A DNA stretch of 63,751 nucleotides, filler included, from Lama guanicoe (lineage: Eukaryota), in NCBI GenBank assembly GCA_013239625.1. It is 204 parts of 204 records of this genome, joined end to end, with 100 filler letters (N's around TTAATTAATTAA, not from the genome) between each part and the next. Parts side by side here need not be neighbours in the genome. Positions count along the whole stretch, not along the records: positions 59,470 to 59,682 come from PNXV01037447.1; positions 59,783 to 59,995 come from PNXV01037448.1; positions 60,096 to 60,308 come from PNXV01037449.1; positions 60,409 to 60,621 come from PNXV01037450.1; positions 60,722 to 60,934 come from PNXV01037451.1; positions 61,035 to 61,247 come from PNXV01037452.1; positions 61,348 to 61,560 come from PNXV01037453.1; positions 61,661 to 61,873 come from PNXV01037454.1; 196 more parts are not named here. One strand, 5' to 3'. This document shows, piece after piece, positions 59,600 to 63,751 of this stretch (the stretch's first letter is position 1; each line of letters begins with the position of its first letter). Both the position numbers and the translations under genes were made by a program. The notes beneath the pieces were generated by a model, which saw only the letters and a list, made by a program, of their open reading frames with translations, did no database searches and had not been told where the DNA came from.

Positions 59600-62500
59600 C
59601 TATATGAAAATTCAAGGAAAGGCTATAAACAGCTTACAGATTCTCTGTTACTCTCATTTTGTAAAATCAGAGGTTGTTTAAANNNNNNNNNNNNNNNNNN
59701 NNNNNNNNNNNNNNNNNNNNNNNNNNTTAATTAATTAANNNNNNNNNNNNNNNNNNNNNNNNNNNNNNNNNNNNNNNNNNNNCTCTTTTTGGGAGCAGTT
59801 TTCTTGTCCTGAGCTGAGTTATCTCCTGAGAAAATGTGGACAACCATAGGTCAACGTGCTTCTGTTAGAGTGTGACCACGTTTTTGTGAGTAAATTGGAG
59901 GTTCTCAATCCTTTCACTCCCCCTGCCCATTGATCACAGATTTAACCAAGAAATGAAAGACAACCAAATTACTGAAGCACAATAAGACATCTTCCNNNNN
60001 NNNNNNNNNNNNNNNNNNNNNNNNNNNNNNNNNNNNNNNTTAATTAATTAANNNNNNNNNNNNNNNNNNNNNNNNNNNNNNNNNNNNNNNNNNNNCAGCA
60101 TGCATGTAAAATGGGCACCAGCAGGGTTGCTGTGCTACCCGAGAATAAATGAGACCCTTAGCCCAGCCCAGCAAGGGCGCAGTACCAGACAGTGCTCAGC
60201 AGCAGGAGCAAGGGGGACTCTGGCCAGGGATCCGCTTCCACCGTGGAGGCGAGGCCACTTCCCATCCACCTTCTACAGTTGTGAAAGCAGACGTGGGCAG
60301 CGGGCCCTNNNNNNNNNNNNNNNNNNNNNNNNNNNNNNNNNNNNNNNNNNNNTTAATTAATTAANNNNNNNNNNNNNNNNNNNNNNNNNNNNNNNNNNNN
60401 NNNNNNNNAGTTTGTTTTGTCTTTTGGATGACTCTGCTTTACATTACTTTCTTTGAAGGATATTGATGTTACTAGGTTATCACTAAGAGAGTAACTATTA
60501 CCAGATACTGTGGGCTCATCAGGCTTTATCCTTTTTAATTTCTAGTACACTTTGTTTTTATTTTTAATTGATAATGGTAGAAGGAAGAAAAATAGCTTTA
60601 AATATTGAATAAACATTCCCTNNNNNNNNNNNNNNNNNNNNNNNNNNNNNNNNNNNNNNNNNNNNTTAATTAATTAANNNNNNNNNNNNNNNNNNNNNNN
60701 NNNNNNNNNNNNNNNNNNNNNGGAGAAGGTACTGCCTGGGACCATGGAAAATACAAAAGCAGTATTCCCCTAATGAACAAGGAGTGAGTGGGTGGGGGAG
60801 GGGTCATCTGCGGTCCTAGTCTACGTGACACCTGTGTGTGGTAATATTATACTTAAACACAGTATGGAATTTATAATACTGGTGAACTCTTAAGAAGTGA
60901 AGAGTGGGATTGGACAGGAAGTAAAATAAAGGGTNNNNNNNNNNNNNNNNNNNNNNNNNNNNNNNNNNNNNNNNNNNNTTAATTAATTAANNNNNNNNNN
61001 NNNNNNNNNNNNNNNNNNNNNNNNNNNNNNNNNNAGTGGTTTTCCAGCAGGCCAGATAGCGATGACCGGTTTTCAAAAGAGGCACACAGAGTCTGAGAGA
61101 GAATGCCTCCAGGACCCTACAGAAAGCTACCCAATGTGCCTTCTCCATGGCTCTACTGAAATAGGAAAGAACAAATCTGACTCCTTATTAGATCTGTTCT
61201 TTGAATTTAACCCTGTACCCTGTTTCCTAGGCTTAGTCTTGTTGTTTNNNNNNNNNNNNNNNNNNNNNNNNNNNNNNNNNNNNNNNNNNNNTTAATTAAT
61301 TAANNNNNNNNNNNNNNNNNNNNNNNNNNNNNNNNNNNNNNNNNNNNTGTTTTTTCCATGTTTAAATAATAATAATCTGAAAATGAAGTCATTGTGCTCA
61401 GCTGTCGGTCTGCCAGCTTTGCCTGCTGGGTCCTGAGTGTGTCTGGAGGGGCAGCCGTCTGGCCGGGCACTGTGGCCCATGTTAGGGGGCTTCCACCCTG
61501 GGCAGCCCCCTGCTCTGGCACTGCCACCATTTTCTCTCCTGGATCTCATCAGAACTCACCNNNNNNNNNNNNNNNNNNNNNNNNNNNNNNNNNNNNNNNN
61601 NNNNTTAATTAATTAANNNNNNNNNNNNNNNNNNNNNNNNNNNNNNNNNNNNNNNNNNNNATTGATTTGTAGCTTAATATCTGGAGGGCAGTCCTTTGTA
61701 GTTTATTCCATATTCTATTCATAAACTCACAACTGCTCATATGATAACAAAGGCAACATCATGGAAAACCAAGAGAGTTTTCTATCAGTGGTTCTTTCGT
61801 TTCAAAGAAAGAGACTACATCCTAGTCTTGATGTAGCAAGGGTCTGCCAATTTTTATGTTCTTTGATAAGGGCNNNNNNNNNNNNNNNNNNNNNNNNNNN
61901 NNNNNNNNNNNNNNNNNTTAATTAATTAANNNNNNNNNNNNNNNNNNNNNNNNNNNNNNNNNNNNNNNNNNNNCTTTCAAAATTTTGTTGAAAGTTCATA
62001 TAAAAGTTTGCTAGCCAAAGTGGTTTTCTTGCCACAGTTGCCATCCTAGTGTCTCAGGTTGAACACTAGCAGTCCACCATTAGTCCGCCCCCTTCTGAAA
62101 GGTTCTCGGTTCTCTTTGAGTTGTGACTCAGGGGAGATGTCCTCAATGCTTGTGAAGCTGGTCTCAGGACAGCAGGTTTGATCCCTNNNNNNNNNNNNNN
62201 NNNNNNNNNNNNNNNNNNNNNNNNNNNNNNTTAATTAATTAANNNNNNNNNNNNNNNNNNNNNNNNNNNNNNNNNNNNNNNNNNNNGTAAAGTTCAATGA
62301 AATCATAACATTCTGTATTTAACTAGAAGTCCCTAATTATCTTTTGGTTTTTTTAAAAAGCAGTCTACTAGTGTTAGAGAATTGTGGTAATTTCCCTGTA
62401 TAACCAAAAGTAAAACTAACTTCTTGTACGCCAATTGTAAAAGACGGCAACACATTACGTGTCTTAAATTTTCTTTTTTAAAGGTAGATACATGCATATN

Positions 62501-63751
62501 NNNNNNNNNNNNNNNNNNNNNNNNNNNNNNNNNNNNNNNNNNNTTAATTAATTAANNNNNNNNNNNNNNNNNNNNNNNNNNNNNNNNNNNNNNNNNNNNA
62601 GATTTGTTTCCTTAGATGGTTTCACTGTGATTTTTTTCTTAATCAGATCTGAGAAGAATTGATTTTTAGTCATTTCTGTAGCAACAGTGTATCGTTTTTG
62701 TTACATTATTCTTGGGTTGCTAATTGGATGCAAAGATTGAAAACTACAAACTAGTAATAAAACAAATAATTACGAATTATTCATTGCTGTTCTAAGGGCC
62801 TGAAATATTTTANNNNNNNNNNNNNNNNNNNNNNNNNNNNNNNNNNNNNNNNNNNNTTAATTAATTAANNNNNNNNNNNNNNNNNNNNNNNNNNNNNNNN
62901 NNNNNNNNNNNNTGGAAGCCGCTGGAGGGCTTATGTGGTTTTGTTTTCAGACAGGCGTTACTTGCTGTAGATCTAAGTGCAAGTAAAATAACGTTTGTCG
63001 GGACGCAGATCTGCGTGGCTTGATGCTTTGCGCCAGCAGCTCTCAGAATGGAAGAGGGCAGGGACTCGATTACACACTACCCGGGGCTCTTCTCCCTGCT
63101 GAGCCACAGAGCAGGGCGCGTCAGCNNNNNNNNNNNNNNNNNNNNNNNNNNNNNNNNNNNNNNNNNNNNTTAATTAATTAANNNNNNNNNNNNNNNNNNN
63201 NNNNNNNNNNNNNNNNNNNNNNNNNAAAAACAAAAAAGAACCTAACTAGTTAGCTGATAGCCAGTTGGTGGCCTAACCAAAGAGAAAGCTATTTTAAGTG
63301 TTTTTACAATGGAGTGTTTTCACGGTGCACTCATAATGGCATCCTAAGGGCAAAAGAACCACAGAGAAATCTTAAACTGCATTCAGTATGCTTGTTACAA
63401 GTGATAATGTTGTCATCTTATTTTGAAAATGTTTTATANNNNNNNNNNNNNNNNNNNNNNNNNNNNNNNNNNNNNNNNNNNNTTAATTAATTAANNNNNN
63501 NNNNNNNNNNNNNNNNNNNNNNNNNNNNNNNNNNNNNNTCCTGCCCAGAATCCTGATTACAGTTTGCTTTTAAGATGACCATCACCAGTGCCTGGGAAGA
63601 TGTGTCAGATGCTAAGCATCACTAATAAATTAGGGCAGTATAGCACTCTACATGTCAGAAGAACACAGTGGACACGTTTAAGAATGTCATGACATACATA
63701 TCGTTTTATTGAGACCCATGATCTTGAAGTCCCAATTTCAAGCTGACACCC

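Larger units (their letters stand above)
214..63538. other. 203 copies of a synthetic 100-nt contig linker (44 N + TTAATTAATTAA + 44 N), 313-nt period
   Basis: The same palindromic six-frame-stop 12-mer sits between N runs in every gap (first at 258-269). Contigs start at 1, 314, 627 and so on, with a 1-nt shift after the 212-bp contig at 35996-36207. Confidence 0.99.

Noticed and set aside
571..61612. Many ORFs sharing a C-terminal X...LIN or X...N motif
   Set aside because: These are translations through the N-run into TTAATTAATTAA, an artefact rather than a protein family.
214..63538. CRISPR-like array of identical repeats with fixed-length unique spacers
   Set aside because: The repeat is a 12-nt six-frame-stop linker embedded in Ns, the spacers are 213-bp mammalian contigs, and there are no cas genes.

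Overview
This window is not contiguous biological DNA. It is an artificial concatenation of 204 unrelated short contigs (203 of 213 bp, one of 212 bp at 35996-36207). Each pair is joined by the same 100-nt synthetic linker (44 N + TTAATTAATTAA + 44 N), which puts stops in all six frames; 204x213 - 1 + 203x100 = 63751. The contigs are mammalian nuclear DNA, most likely camelid, judged from Vic-1-like tRNA-derived SINEs and camelid-type L1 3' ends. About a quarter of the contigs carry recognisable repeats: L1, L2, MIR, MLT1, MER21/MER77, ERVL, Tigger1/2, MER5, MER20, satellite-like DNA and microsatellites. Recognisable genes are limited to a 28S rRNA fragment, a MUC2 exon, a CD109 exon and an ANKRD26-like fragment. 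Nearly all ORFs in the supplied track are artefacts that run into the linker. I found no support for a novel multi-gene system or a CRISPR array. The best leads are two satellite-like repeat pairs with strongly transversion-biased divergence (one pair is a circularly permuted monomer of about 212 bp), an assembly bubble pair and two rearranged L1 junctions. Repeat and gene names come from my recall of consensus sequences, not from database searches, and alignments were counted by hand.
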